Source: Bugula neritina
Taxonomy: Eukaryota > Animalia > Bryozoa
Assembly: GCA_964035545.1 (NCBI GenBank)
Contig: OZ037765.1
Location: forward strand, 26,473,504 to 26,537,503
DNA length: 64,000 bases
Reading direction: 5' to 3'
Numbering within the stretch: the first letter of the stretch is position 1; each line of letters opens with the position of its first letter. The notes below the pieces were generated by a model that had not been told where the DNA came from, ran no database searches, and was given only the letters and a program-made list of their open reading frames with translations. The position numbers and the translations under genes were made by a program. Positions 1-44,214 of this stretch are shown here, one piece after another.

Positions 1-309
1 TCGGTTCATCAAATACCAAAAAAATTGAATACTCTCTTGTTTTAATGCAGCTTTAAAATATTTACGAATATAATAATAACGATATATTGTAAAAGATCTC
101 CTAATAAACTCATTAAAGCTAAGTGCAGTAATGGAGAAATTTAAAAAATAAAAAAATCTTGCAAAGAAGTTGCACGCGGGCTGTAAATGCTGTATCAAAT
201 ACTAATCATGCTGTAAATCAACTTTTCAGGTTGCAGGGGGCATGCTATTAATAGCTCAATCCCTTTACACAGCAGTGAAAAATAGTAGACAAATCACAGA
301 ATTAATTTA

Positions 310-526
310 CTATATAATGTTCTGTATGCTATAATATATAATATTCTGTATACTATAATATATAATATCCTGTATTCTATAATATATAATATTCTGTAAA
401 CTATAATATATAATATTCTGTATTCTATAATATATAATATTCTGTATACTATAATATACAATATTATGTATACTATACTATAATATAATATTTTGTATTC
501 TATAATATATAATATTCTGTATGCTA
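310..526. repeat. 24-bp AT-rich minisatellite, ~9 copies
   Basis: Unit CTATAATATATAATATTCTGTATA with minor variants. Confidence 0.88.
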
Positions 527-615
527 GAAGTCATTCAGACTAAAACACATATTTTAAAACATAAACCAAGTTTCTATATTGATCAACAACATAGCATATC
601 TATAATTATACTAAC

Positions 616-31391
<30,776 letters not shown>

Positions 31392-31600
31392 GTTTAAGCC
31401 GGCGATTTCTTACCGTATGACACAGGGCAACTGATTTCAGTGTTTCAGCACCTAGTGAACTATTCATCTGGGAAATCAGTTGATAGAACATGAGAATGAA
31501 ATCATGAATATGCAAATATTTCAAATAAAATTGTACCAACTTATCTTTTGATATATAAATCAATAACAGCTGAATGAAAACAAGAGAATGTAATAAATAT

Positions 31601-31606
31601 TTTATT
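31601..31606 (-). terminator. Candidate polyadenylation signal of HMGCS
   Basis: First AATAAA seen on the minus strand downstream of the HMGCS stop, followed by a T-rich tract (CTCTTGTTTTC). Confidence 0.45.
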
Positions 31607-32632
31607 ACTGATCAAGATCTCCATGGCATCTAGAAAATATTGTTGCTCTGTCTGCCATTGACTGCATTATTGATTTTTCGTGAACCTAATGTTGTCCTGG
31701 TTTGCCAGCTGGCATACAATAAAAATGCTGCTTTAAGGCTATTGCTAGCATATTATATTAAATCTGGCAGAATGCAGCCAATTTGCACAGCAAACCAGAA
31801 ATATTTCACAATGGAACTCAAATTATTTTTTAAACCACAGAGGTGCACATGTAGTTATAACCTTTTTAAAATACAAAAAAAAACAACTTTTTATATACAC
31901 ACAGCAGTATATTTGTCATCTTAAGCCAGTTGTAAAAAGATGCACTAGTAAGTTTTAAAGCTACTATATAATAATAAATCCATTCTTATAATTGACATGA
32001 AAGACTTTGGGCAATAAATTGACACACAACCTGTGTTAATACAATCATGGAATTAGAAGACTATTATATCCAATTAAAGATGAAAAACACTTATAAAAAC
32101 TTTAAATCTGTTAATATAAAGAACAACCTGAAAAACTTGAATATGTCATTGTAATGAGTGAAAGTTAATTATTATGCCCACCATTATCAGCTTGGTATGT
32201 GAAGAAGCATAATAAGTAGATGCATAGAGTACAACATTACAAATATGTCACAACTTAGTAATAGGAACTAAACTGCTTTAGAAATAATAGTACTGCTATA
32301 CTGCTATACAAGTAGACAAACAAGCAAAAATTTAAACAGAGTTACAGCAGATCTGTAAACATATAAACAATCAAACAAATAGAGAAGACTTATAATAAAT
32401 GTTAATGATTATTTGGAAAAAATGGCCTATGACTTGTGGACAGACAATTCCTAAGATGTATTTCTAGTCCAATCAGAAGGAAGCAGCTAGTTCGTCTTTT
32501 TAGCTCAGCATCTACAAATATTTAATTTGACCATACAACAAATAGTTATAATATAAATGCAGTATAAATATAAATCCTAAAACCAATAGCAAAAAACACA
32601 ATGACTATAAAAAGCAACAGACAAAGCTACCC

Positions 32633-35600
32633 TTAGCTGATATTTTTGTTGCTTAAAAATAGCAGAACTAACTTTTGATGCCCGTTTGTATATCCGGCTA
32701 CTTCGTACTTTCTTCTATGCTTCTCATCCACACTAGCCAAGTACCAGGTACCAGGAAACAAGCTTGACAAGTCGCCCACTGGAGTGTATGGAGCTAAAAT
32801 TATAGAATAAAGATGCAACAAAATATGCATAGTAAATGAGGGGAAAACTCCAAATTACACTGAAAATATTGAACAACTAATGTTTTTAATGTGTGATTTG
32901 AGCTGGGAGATGGTTGATTTTGCTTTAGGAGATAACGTCTCACAGTGCAAATATTTTCTAAAAGCTACTAAGCTGAGCGCCAAGTTTTATAAGTGGCTTG
33001 CTTATTAAAGAAAAATGTTTTAAAACTTTGAAATTTATATTAAAATAACATTATGTTATAAACAATAGCTTGTTTTTGTTATTTTTATCTGAGTGACACT
33101 ATTTTAGCAAGGCAGATTGTAAAATCATTTACGAGTTTTTTGGGTTCCCCACTTAGAAATAAATTTTTATACAAACAAACATAGACTACTACTTAGTCAA
33201 CAAAACCCGTGCAAAATATATGGCTTTAAATTTAGTTCTTTAGCACTACAAAATGTTCGATGCAATTTTATTCAGATGTGTTCAGTGGGTAACTAACTAT
33301 GCTGACACATAAAGATACTGTGTCGAGTGCTGTACTGCTCTTATCTCTTAGACTTTAGAGGATGACAGCAGTAGCAGCAGTGTCATTGTCTTTTCACCAA
33401 ACATGAAGTTATGAAGTTGTTTTTAACTAATAGAGTTGCTTGGACGACACTTGGTAGTAATTATCAAATGAGTGGAGTGTCAATGGCTGCATGCGGTCTA
33501 GCTCAGTCTGTGACACCCTCAGATGTCTGTGCGATAACTGAGAACTCAACAGATTACATAAGAACCTATTCTATTATATAATATATTTATACTGGATTGA
33601 CATTGCATCATACTTATTTTGATGCCATTTTTTACTGGTGATACGATTTTATGCAAATACCAAGGAATGAAGCCCCAAGTTACAGATTTCAACTGTGCAG
33701 TTACTGTTTTAATTCTACAGGCTTCAGTGAAAATAGAATTAAAATACTAAATTTCAAAACAACTAGTACCTCTACATATCTAATGCAATGAGCCACCGTT
33801 GGTGTGCACTAAAGCTGTACAATAAATATAGAAAACCATATACATATATAATGTATGTGGCGACTATACAGTACATATAATTATTACACATCAGGCTGAA
33901 GACTCAAGAGTGAAGAACGTGTTGTATTGATAATTCAGCAGTGTATTGATATTAGTTTCTGAGTAGCCATGATGTTAATGCTGCTGCAATATAGCCGGGA
34001 GCCTAATGTACACTAGAAAGGATGACTTTAAATTTTAATGTTTTGGGACCAATTGAAAAGGCTTGGAAAATACTAATACTGCTCAGCATAATAAAGGTAA
34101 CTGTTTCTAGTCCCAAGAGTACAAGGAAAAATATCTGGTACAGAAATGATAAAAAGTTTGAAATAGTTTCAATTAGAAAAAATCAGCTGTCTACACCCGC
34201 CAGTGACTAAAACCCTACAGATTACTAGCGCTAACTTCTAACAAAACTAGCTATTTGATAATTTTCCAATGATTTACACATTGTATTGTTTTAACATCAA
34301 TAAAGCCTCCTGTGTATTGTGACATCTTGTTCACAGGCTAAACTATTTAGTGACTCACTAAGAATCGTGAACTTTGGAATCGCCTACTTAAAATGATAGC
34401 AACAGCATTGATCAGTTAAACCAACAACTAGCTGGCATATCAGATTTACAGCTCCTCCAAGGCATCAAAGGTCATTTCTTACAACCAAACTCCATTTTAT
34501 GTAGCTAACAGCTTTCTCTTACAATTTCTACTCAGGAATAAGAAAAAGCCTTTAATATAGGACTTAAATCAGGAGTTGTGTTTTCTTAATATAGCTAATT
34601 AGTATGAATAAATTATTACATTGTTCAAGTCAACTAGTTAGTCTAAAGTCACTCGCTGAAACTAAGCAATTATTGTTAACTGCTAAGTTAGGGTTAAGAG
34701 AAACTGTATGCTGCCAATAAAACTGTTGAGGGGTAAAGTCATCACTGATGAAGAGACATACCCTGATGGTGCGTATCTTCTCTCAACTTCATGGCATCGC
34801 TGAACAATGACGGCTCCACTTTCCTCCTGCTTTCTAGCCGAGAGTTGAGGTCTGCCAGACTAGCTACAAGTTTGGTCAATGGTGAGCCAGCAGTGGTGTC
34901 TTCTGAGAACCTCACTGAGTACATACTAGATGCCAGTCCAGATCCGTAGGAGAAGAGAACAGCCCTTTTGTTAGCTAGTGAAGCCGCATCGTTACTAAAA
35001 TATTCAACAGTTTATCTGACAATAGAAAGACATGTTATCGTACAATGAGTACGAAATGCAGTACATCTACTGGGAATAGTTAGCTCATGTCCAGATTGAG
35101 CATTGAATGAATAGATGGATTTATAAGCTGAGTGATTGTAAATGAGACAAAAAAATACATGCTGAAAGCCAAGGAAAACAACACCCTACTAGTAGGGCTT
35201 AATATACACAGCACCTACTCGGCCAGTGTGTGCCACTACATTACCAGACCAATCTTACAAATGGAAGACTGACTCAGGTAGCCTACTAAAAGCTCACTCT
35301 ACAGTATGTAGATTGTAGAGTTGAAACCACTGATAACTTGCTAGCTTCTCCATCAGTAAAGTATCATGCAAATTAAATGGTAACATTGAGAATGGAGACA
35401 GCCTACTTATATACCTGGATATGTAGGAGCAGAGGCTACCATAGACTGAGGGCGTGTACATGTTGCCAACTTGATTAGCTATTTTAAGAGACGGCTGAGT
35501 TTTCTTAGCAAACACCTCGGCACTTGCCTTCACAAAAGCTTTCTCCAAATCCTTGTTGCTGTACGACTCTTCCGGATTCACATCCCTAAATACAACTTGA

Positions 35601-38600
35601 TGGATTTTATAAATGCTATATCTAACACATTACCAGTCACCAGATACACGCACATATTTATTTCACTTTGTATTCCAAGATCACAGCCATCTGTTTCCAA
35701 CCAACTAAAATATTCAGGGGAGGTAAGTCAAGAGCTTGTACCATTTGCCAGTGCAGTGAGCCAGTGCCAAAATAGTTTAACATTACCAGAGATTGCAACT
35801 GCGTAGACATTATTTGCAGTTATACTAGCTAAGATTATTACTTTTCTCAACATTTAACAAATAGATATCACTTCGAAATTTCATACAAACAAAATACAAT
35901 GATATACCACAGTCCATCCCTACTATCTGTTCCCAAACAGGACAGAGCAGAGATAGTTGAGGTGAGGTTAAACTGTTGAATCATCACACCACCACAAGAC
36001 CCATCTCAGCTAGCAGCTTTGCTATGTATATGTTGCATACTGTTAGAAATATAGATGCTGTTGATGCTAAGGATTGAATACACAAATGCTGCTGTGAGTT
36101 TAGACTTTAGGACAATTTAAATCCACTAATTCAGGAAAAATATTGACCACTTATTTTAAACATGAAAATGTCACGGAAGTAGTATAGGAGAAGTAGGGAA
36201 TTTTCTAGATATATGTATCAGAATGGAAATTTTAGAAACTTTTGGAAGCAGATGACTTGTGTTGATAATAAAAAATGAGTAAGTTTTAATATGAGGCATG
36301 GGTTGGTACAAAGATCAGAAAGGGCATTATAAATCCAACTGTATCTTATCACATAGGTTAAAGACCAGAATTCACTTCACAAAGTCCGATAATACAAAGA
36401 TAATGCTGACATTGAATCAATTCTGTAAATAAACTAGAAGAGATTATGGGGGGATCCAGTAAAAAGTAAGGCATTCATCTCAATATGCCAAGTTGACATG
36501 ATTAAACCAGCTTCAGTAAGCAATTTTTCCAGTCAAAGTCCACTTAGGTGCAAGGACAAAAGGGAACTGAGGGCAAAATATAGATTCATTATTGTAGTTG
36601 ATTACATAAGCCTGGTTGACCACATATCTAAAGAACTTATTAAACAATTTAAATACAACCATCCATAACAAATTCTTACATTAGCAAAACCAATCAAACT
36701 TGCTGAAAACTAGCCAAAAATAGTTTAAAATAAAAGTACACAGTCTCTCTAAGAAGATTTTATAGTCTTAGCAACTGGTGCACCTCATTAGTAGAAGGTT
36801 TGCTTCCTGAGGTAAGAGATATGTTGATAATTACTTCATAGTTTATAGAAGTTTATAGAAGCAGAGAGCTACCATCAAAACACTCAGCTAGCAATCTCTA
36901 CTGCTAAATGTGACAGGTTTACTAGAACAGGTAGTTAGCTGCTAGATTCCCTTGAAATATTCTAGTTTAGGGTATTGCAACACCCAGAGAGATGTTACTT
37001 ACATATATGTATGTGTATATAAAAGTTATATGTGTCTGGCACACTGCCAAATGCCTTTTCCTCTCACCTGAAAGCTGAGACCTCTGCATATTTTGGATTG
37101 TCAGGATTGGCTATAAAGTCATTAAACATCAGCCTAGCGACAGATTTCTGCACCAGTTTGCAGAAGGGTGTGTGGAAGCAAAACGAATCAACGTCAGCCA
37201 TGGTGAAACTTGACCCTGAAATTCAAGCAAAATAATAAGACTGAACATTTTGCATTAGAGAAGCCAGCTGCCTAAACTGATATATGGTTTACCATGATGG
37301 AATAAACACTAGGGCCATTAAAACTTGCAATAATATCATAAACATATGTCACAGTAATAGTACTCTGTTGTAACAATTGCATTATTCGAAACTTGGATGA
37401 ACTTCAAAGCACAAAATAGAGAAAATAGTCAGATGAGTTTAGTTAGTTGAAAAAGACTAATACTTGATGGGAAACTAAAATCACATATACATTATTATTA
37501 AAACTCTTCTACATGATTGCCAAGTCAAACAGCACAGATCCAGACACCAAGGTACCAGTTGGATAGTTGATTATTTGAATCTTATTTATTTGGGCTCAAT
37601 TTTGAATACATTCCCAAACCTTAAAGGCTTATGTTTAGTGGTGATACTTTTCTGAAAATTACAGTAGGCTACCATGATGGGTATCTGATTACAGTATGCG
37701 ATTTATAGCTGAAGTTGAGGTAAAATACTAATACAGTGTGAGTAGAGAGTAGTTCATATAGTGTGAGTAGAGAGAGTAGTTCATATAGTGTGAGTGGAGA
37801 GAGTAGTTCATACAGTGTGAGTAGAGAGAGTAGTTCATATAGTGTGAGTGGAGAGAGTAGTTCATATACATGTAGATTGTAGTGCGAGTAGAGAGAAATG
37901 TGGGTAAAGATGCCGTCAGTGGACTCAACAGCTGATTATATGAACAAATATCCCGAAAATAGTTGAGATAGGAGTGACATTGAGATGAACCACACGTAAT
38001 CAAAGATATCAAGAGATATTTTGGTAATAAAATGGAATAACAAAGTGCAGTGATAAGATAACAGATTATAATAATGTATTATACTGCAATATAATTATTA
38101 CAAGAATTGCCATCATAATGGTGCAATAAAATAACTATTTTAAATATACAGTAAATTTATCCCAATCAGTCACAGCATGAATCCTGTAACCAAGTTGCAT
38201 AATACAAGCTACAGTTGAACATGAACTACACCCTTGATGTGCACTCACAGCATCATTATTATCTAATCAACATCTGCTTTTACTAATGACAGTCCAAAGT
38301 GCTCAGTAGAACACTGGCTTGTCAAAATAATATATGCTTTTAGTTCAAAGATCAAACTAAAAGCAGCGCTGTTAGAGGAGCAGAAGTTCAGAGAACATAA
38401 AATACTCCTATTAATGGCACCTGAGCTCATACCAGCATACACCTCTGTAACTAATTTAGGACAGCCTGCTTTTTGTAAGAAATGCCAATAAGGTATTGGC
38501 AGAGACAGATAGACCCACAATACTGTAGTCTATACAACATAAATGTATTGAAATACTAGTAGAGAGTAGAAAAGTCTACTAACCCTGGTGGTAGGTGGAT

Positions 38601-41403
38601 AGGGCTTTGGTCTTGTATCTTTGGTAACATTTGTCTAAAGCTTTAAGATAGCATTTGATGGAGAGAGCTCCATCCACTACAGGGTATTCACTACTCAGAT
38701 CTGGTTTATAGAAGTCATACACATGCTCCATGTGAGAGGCCCTGACACCTGTAAACAGATGAACACAACATTGCAGACATTGTAAAACCAATTTGTTTGG
38801 ACATAGAACCCTAGAAACCCCAACATTTATGTAAATATTTTAATACTGCATGAAGTGTCATAGATGCTTTAATATACTTGTTTTAAATTAAAAATTAGTT
38901 GATTACAAAGTTTATACCATTAATGATGGTAGTGGTTATTGCTAAATCAGTGCACCAAAACATAAACATCTTTTGGGTCTACCACATTACATTATTAGTT
39001 ATTTACACTGTTTTTAGTGAGTAATCATCACCCAAAGAATTAATTTTTCCATTCTGAGCAGATCCTGTTATTGCAGTCTCAACATGTGCATGTTTTACAG
39101 CAGGGAGCCTACATACATGGGAAACGGCCAATAAAGGTCATATAACAGATGAAGAATGACTTAGACTTTAGTGACATCAACTGGCACATGACTGGCATAT
39201 GTTAGTGTTACATACCACTCTACTACTACACCAAGCTACAGGTATATTTCTGTCCTACTAGTGACAGGGACAAACTAATTTCAATATCGTGTATAATTTC
39301 AATGTAAGCTAGTTTCCCTAAATTAACTTTTGACTGATTCGAAGCTCTTGAATATCCTAAAGAAGTTTCCTTTGCAGTTGGGTATCACTAGAGCAGTAAA
39401 AATGTATACAATATAACAAGACTCCCTTTGATATCCAATTCACTAAAACCTTCTATTAACCAGCCTTATTCCTACCCATCTTAGCCTGTAGATTCAACCT
39501 ATCTGTTATCAATTAGGTTACAGGCTAGAAAATAATAAAATAGAAATTCTTTTAATGACAAACAGTAAAAGATATAAAGCCAGTGAAGAGCCTAAGGTCA
39601 CAGGCACTATAAACCTTTGTATTAGCAACAAAGATTAAATTATATCATATCACAGATATGGCATTTTAATATTATCAACATTGCTCTGATCCCAACAACG
39701 CAGCAACTAATGTTGAGAGGCATCTGGTCTTACACAATCAGCAGTAAACTTATTGCATGTAAAATTCCCCAAGTATGTGCATTGCAATACCTGCCCCATC
39801 ACCTACCCTGATACTCTCAGTAAGGGAGAAAAGCTGTCATATAACTTTAACAGCTGCTGAATGTGGTTAAGATGACAAAAACTAATATCAGCTTAAGTGG
39901 TTAGCACTTAATAGTTTGAAGTCTTAACAACAGGGTATTGTCAAATACTGACTAGAGGTCACACTGTAGCTCGAGTCAGCATTAATGGTTCATCTTGAAG
40001 TTGTCAAAACCCCAAATCCAATTGCAGCTAATAAATCTGAATTTTTGAAGACTGCGGAGAAGCTGTCATTAATCTTGTAATATAATACAGTTTGTCAGGT
40101 TCACAGTGCCAGCGGGCTTGGCACTGCAAACACAGGATACTCTACTAATTAGGATGTGTGTTTAATTGGTAAATTAAAAGTATATTAAATCTCACAAAAT
40201 GAGTTCAAAAAACTTCACAACTATAAGCTGAGCCACAAATAGGTTGCTGTAATGAATACTTATAAATAGATAAGTATAGTACAATACAGTCCCTCCTTAT
40301 CTCACTAAGCTGCAGGTCCTGCAACATTGATTTGTGACATAGTGGACTACCAGATTTAACTCATGGATTTGCTAAACTCGGCTATTTTGTCCCTATACAC
40401 ACATACATAAGCCATAGAAAGGAGGTCCAAGCCCTTCTCGTGACCTATGGAATTTCGTGAGATATGGAGAGAGCACTGTAGTAACAGAGAAAACAAGGCA
40501 CTTACCTCTATCTAAGATGGCTGCAGCATTTGGTCCAACTAACATAGCAATGGCACCAGCTCCACCAGTACAACGGGCTGGACCAGTAGCATACACAGCT
40601 ATATCCCCACACACAACTAAGGCGTATTTACCTGCAATAAATGTAAATGGTGGTTGATGAAGGAGAAATAAAAATTTATGCAGATACATTTATTCCTGTA
40701 AAGTCGAAACTGTAAGAAGAAAACTATGATGAATTGTTTTATACAAATTTTGATAAGTTGACAATATTTTATTATATTTGGTGTAGGGTTTAATTTCTGA
40801 ATTACAAAATAAACAAACTTTAAAACTAATTGCCAATTCTGCATTAATAATTAATTCATTAGAATCTGGTTTAGGATAAGCTTAGCGCAACAAGCTTAGC
40901 AAAGTTTATGTTAAATTTTTCATTTTATTTACTGAATTTTTTCAACAAAAATCCAGCTGATCCATACCATTCCATGAGCTAGACTCTACCCAGTTCACAG
41001 AGTTGAACAGAGCATTTGTTCCGCCATAGCAAGCATTTGTTGTGTCAATGCCCTCCATATCAGTGTTGTCTTCATCCTGAAAGAGCTGCATTAGCACAGA
41101 CTTCACACTTTTACTTTTGTCAATGATGGTTTCTGTTCCAACTTCAAGTCTTCCAATATCAGAAGGCTTGATGTTATTTCTCTGCATCAGGTTTTGAACC
41201 ACAGTGAGGCAAAGAGAGTGCACATCTTCTCTATCGGAGCAGAATCCCATTTTATCCTGCCCTAAACCAATTGTGTATTTGCCCGCTGGAATGCCATCAA
41301 ATTTCTCCAATTCAGTTTGGTCAACATACTGAGATGGAAAATATATTTCCATAGCAATTATACCCACATTTTCAGGCCAACTGTTGACATTTGCTCCAGG
41401 CAT
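32633..41403 (-). CDS. HMGCS1: Hydroxymethylglutaryl-CoA synthase, cytosolic type (~470-480 aa, 7 coding exons: 40968-41403, 40506-40631, 38584-38748, 37068-37215, 35415-35585, 34762-34994, 32633-32793)
   Basis: Diagnostic motifs [30 protein letters not shown] (catalytic Cys), [27 protein letters not shown] (catalytic His), GNMYTPS, FSYGSG and GTWYL. Exon phases join in frame and there is no mitochondrial presequence. The last few codons depend on whether the 32672 donor is used. Confidence 0.97.
37735..37868. repeat. 27-bp minisatellite, ~5 copies, in HMGCS intron
   Basis: Unit AGTGTGAGTAGAGAGAGTAGTTCATAT. Confidence 0.9.
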
Positions 41404-41694
41404 CTAAAATGTTATACATAATGATTATTGCACACATTTAGTATATGCTCTCCAAGTTTGTAGAATCATAAATCTGTAATGCCAACTCAGTTGACATTGT
41501 AGTTTTGGCAACTGAGCATTTTTAATTCTTATAGTTATACTCATAGTTGTAGTACTAATACTAGTAGCTTTACTTAACAATTAACTACAGGAGTACATTG
41601 TTAGAAACTCCATGATGCTAAGACTAATACCAAAAACGACTATCACCATCACTATGCCTAGAACTTGAATATTCATAATTTTTTAAAGTGTGTG

Positions 41695-41783
41695 TGGTAA
41701 TGCCAATAGTCATGGTGATACTGATACTCATACTGATAGTATCAGTATGAGTATCAGTATCACCATGACTATTGGCATTACCA
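41695..41783. repeat. Perfect 89-bp palindrome (44-bp arms, 1-nt spacer) in HMGCS intron 1
   Basis: 41695-41738 is the exact reverse complement of 41740-41783. Confidence 0.93.
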
Positions 41784-42070
41784 TTGGCAGTGATACTCAT
41801 ACTCATAGTCATACTAAGTCTGATACTAACACAAATTTCATTCACATTAGTAAAAAACTAAAGAGCATCACCGCCTGCTTGATATAAATTTAACTTCAAG
41901 AAATTTTATCTTGAAGTAAAACTCACTTTGACTTTGAGTTCGACTTCAAAGTTTAAGTTTGAGTTTAACAATAAGTATTAGTATAACTTTAACTTTAAGT
42001 TTTTTTACTTTCAACTTTAGGCTCAGCTCATTAGTTGTACTACTAGTACTAGTAACTGACACTTACTCAC

Positions 42071-42135
42071 CTTTATTTCTATTAATGGGTGTTTGTCTTT
42101 AGAACTTCAAGTGCTTCAGAAATAGGTTTTTTTTA
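42071..42135 (-). other. Probable non-coding first exon (5' UTR) of HMGCS
   Basis: AAAG|GTGAGT donor at 42071/42070. The AG acceptor sits immediately before the ATG (41404-41405). The 5' boundary is approximate. Confidence 0.65.
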
Positions 42136-42159
42136 TCAAAATATTTGCAAAAAATCTTT

Positions 42160-42345
42160 TGGACGACCGGGGAAAATTGGTTTAAGATCAAAGGTCTGTG
42201 AAAGTGAAACAGGGAATACAAACTTTCGATTTGATCGGCCAATAGTAAACGCGGAGTAGCGTGACGCAGTCTCGGACCATAAAGAGTTATCCAATTACGT
42301 TCTTGTGTCAAGGACAAAAAACACGTGTTCGTCGCGTGTGACCTA
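42160..42345 (-). promoter_or_regulatory. HMGCS promoter: CpG-rich patch with CCAAT boxes, SRE-like element and E-box
   Basis: ATTGG at 42176-42180, CCAAT at 42239-42243 and 42291-42295, GTCACGCTAC on the minus strand at 42256-42265 (SRE-like, overlapping TGACGCA), and CACGTG at 42322-42327. Local CpG cluster in otherwise CpG-poor DNA. Confidence 0.6.
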
Positions 42346-44072
42346 GTGCAAACACCACGAAGCTGTTCTATGATATTGATACTACATGTTATTCCATTAT
42401 ATTATATTTATTCATCGATCCAGTGCACTACTGTATCCAATGTTTACTGTTATGCCATGTGATGCAACTAGCCCTAAGTGACTGTTGAATAAACGTATAC
42501 TATGGCCATAGGGGGACAAAAAAAATCAAATTTCATATTTATAATTTTAATTATATTCATATTCATATTGTTATTCATATTCATATTGATATTGATATTG
42601 ATATTCACTTTCAGTTAAAATTACACCCAAAGTCAATTGTTATTGTTGTACTGTAAGTTCAATCACTGAGTGTCTACAGTTACCATGTTATTCACAGTTA
42701 CCATGTGAATATGAATAGCTATTGCTTATAGTTATAGTAATACTAATATCATTAATCATGATGATGATTTAATAATTAGTATCAAATTTAATATAAAAGA
42801 TAAAAACAATATAATGAATTATCAAGTATGTACTATTGGGTTTTAAACCAAACTTAATTTATATTTGCACTATCACTATGACTCAACCTTTGTCTTACCC
42901 ATAGAAACAATGTGTCATTTTACTTGGTACAAATTTATTTTTATTTTGTTGCATCAGCAGTTGCTCATTGATTGAGATTTAAAGGTTCTTATGCACTGTC
43001 AGGTATTTCTTTTGATTTCACTAAACTTGATACCAAAATTATCTCTATACTCATACTGTCTCATGAGTTATGATATTTTCACTTTGATAATTCCAAACTA
43101 AGTTTTTGCTAAAAAAAAGAGCCATCTTTATATTAATTTTGCATGTAGTTAATAAATTGGTACATATTTTATAGTCATGTGCAGAATACAATTAAATCAT
43201 TGTCTGAATTTTCTGACTTCTATTTTTATGGCATATTCATTTGTATGGTTATTTTTTGTATACCCGCTGTCCAACTAGCTTAAAAGTTTATGCATTTGCT
43301 AAAAATAGTTCAATTTTCAGATAAAATCTTACAGACTTGCTTATTCTAGAGGCGACTGTGTGTTGACTGTTAGTATGTAATTCTATATCTATATAAATCA
43401 AACACCAACTGTGTATAGGATATGCATATGAAAATTTGTATTACATAAAATCAAATTTTTCTAAATGCTGCAGCTTCATATAACTTTACTCAAGAACCAA
43501 CTGTGTGAATAGCAAAATAAATAATATTATACATATATAACTACTATACAGTAAACTGCTCTAGTTGTACACACAATATAAAACATTATATAGTTGAATA
43601 AATATCAAATAATATTATTGCACACTGAATTGATGCATATGGTAATTAATGTCATTTTTCCCATGGTATTTGTACACCACCAACTTGTTGAAATTTTAAC
43701 AACTTGAGAAAGAAATTACTTTGGAGGCAATATTACTTAAAAGCTGCTATTTAATTTGGCAAGCAACACAGCTTCGTTATTACTAATAGGCAATCATTGA
43801 TATAGCTCTTGGCTGGTACTTTATTCAGCAGCCATTTTATGTTTACAGAGCGGAGATGAAACTAGTGAGTATTCAATGGCCTACAAGGAGTACAGAGCTG
43901 ACTGTACACCCAGAGCTGAGCTATCCATCATGTTTAGACAAGGCTTATCTCAGGTAAAACAGCTGATTTTCAAAACAAAGCACATGTGGTTAGTGCTATA
44001 GCTGTGTGTGTATCATATTAGTTTAGGCATGTTGGGTAAGTTTGTTATGGTTCCCTGGGAGTTAGATGTCAT

Positions 44073-44172
44073 AGGTCAGCCTCGTGACTTCCAACCACAA
44101 TTGAACTTTGTTCTCTGATAAGGCAGCAAATAATATATATAAGTGGGTGCTTCGCTTCTACCACTTCATATT
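44073..44172 (+). promoter_or_regulatory. LLTP core promoter: nuclear-receptor half-sites, HNF4-like site, GATA box, TATA box, Inr-like
   Basis: AGGTCA 44073-44078, TGAACTTTG 44102-44110, CTGATAAG 44115-44122, TATATATAAG 44134-44143, TCATATTC ~30 nt downstream, ATG at 44215. Confidence 0.62.
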
Positions 44173-44214
44173 CATACGAGAACGACATACAGTTACAGTC
44201 AGGTTGCCATTAGT

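Noticed and set aside
37728-38012. ORF with repeated MNYSLYSHY
   Set aside because: Produced by a 27-bp minisatellite inside an HMGCS intron; not needed for the HMGCS frame.
32633-41403. HMGCS as a polyketide beta-branching HMG-CoA synthase-like enzyme or horizontal transfer
   Set aside because: Spliceosomal introns, animal-type N-terminus (WPENVGI) and no PKS/ACP genes nearby.
41624-41887. Mirror-image ORFs on both strands (MSISITMTIG / NANSHGDTDT)
   Set aside because: Artefact of the palindrome and hexamer repeat; intronic.
42979-43196. TTAAAGG-starting Kolobok-like transposon remnant (also near 3790 and 7770-7997)
   Set aside because: Matching opposite termini are too degenerate to define an element by eye.
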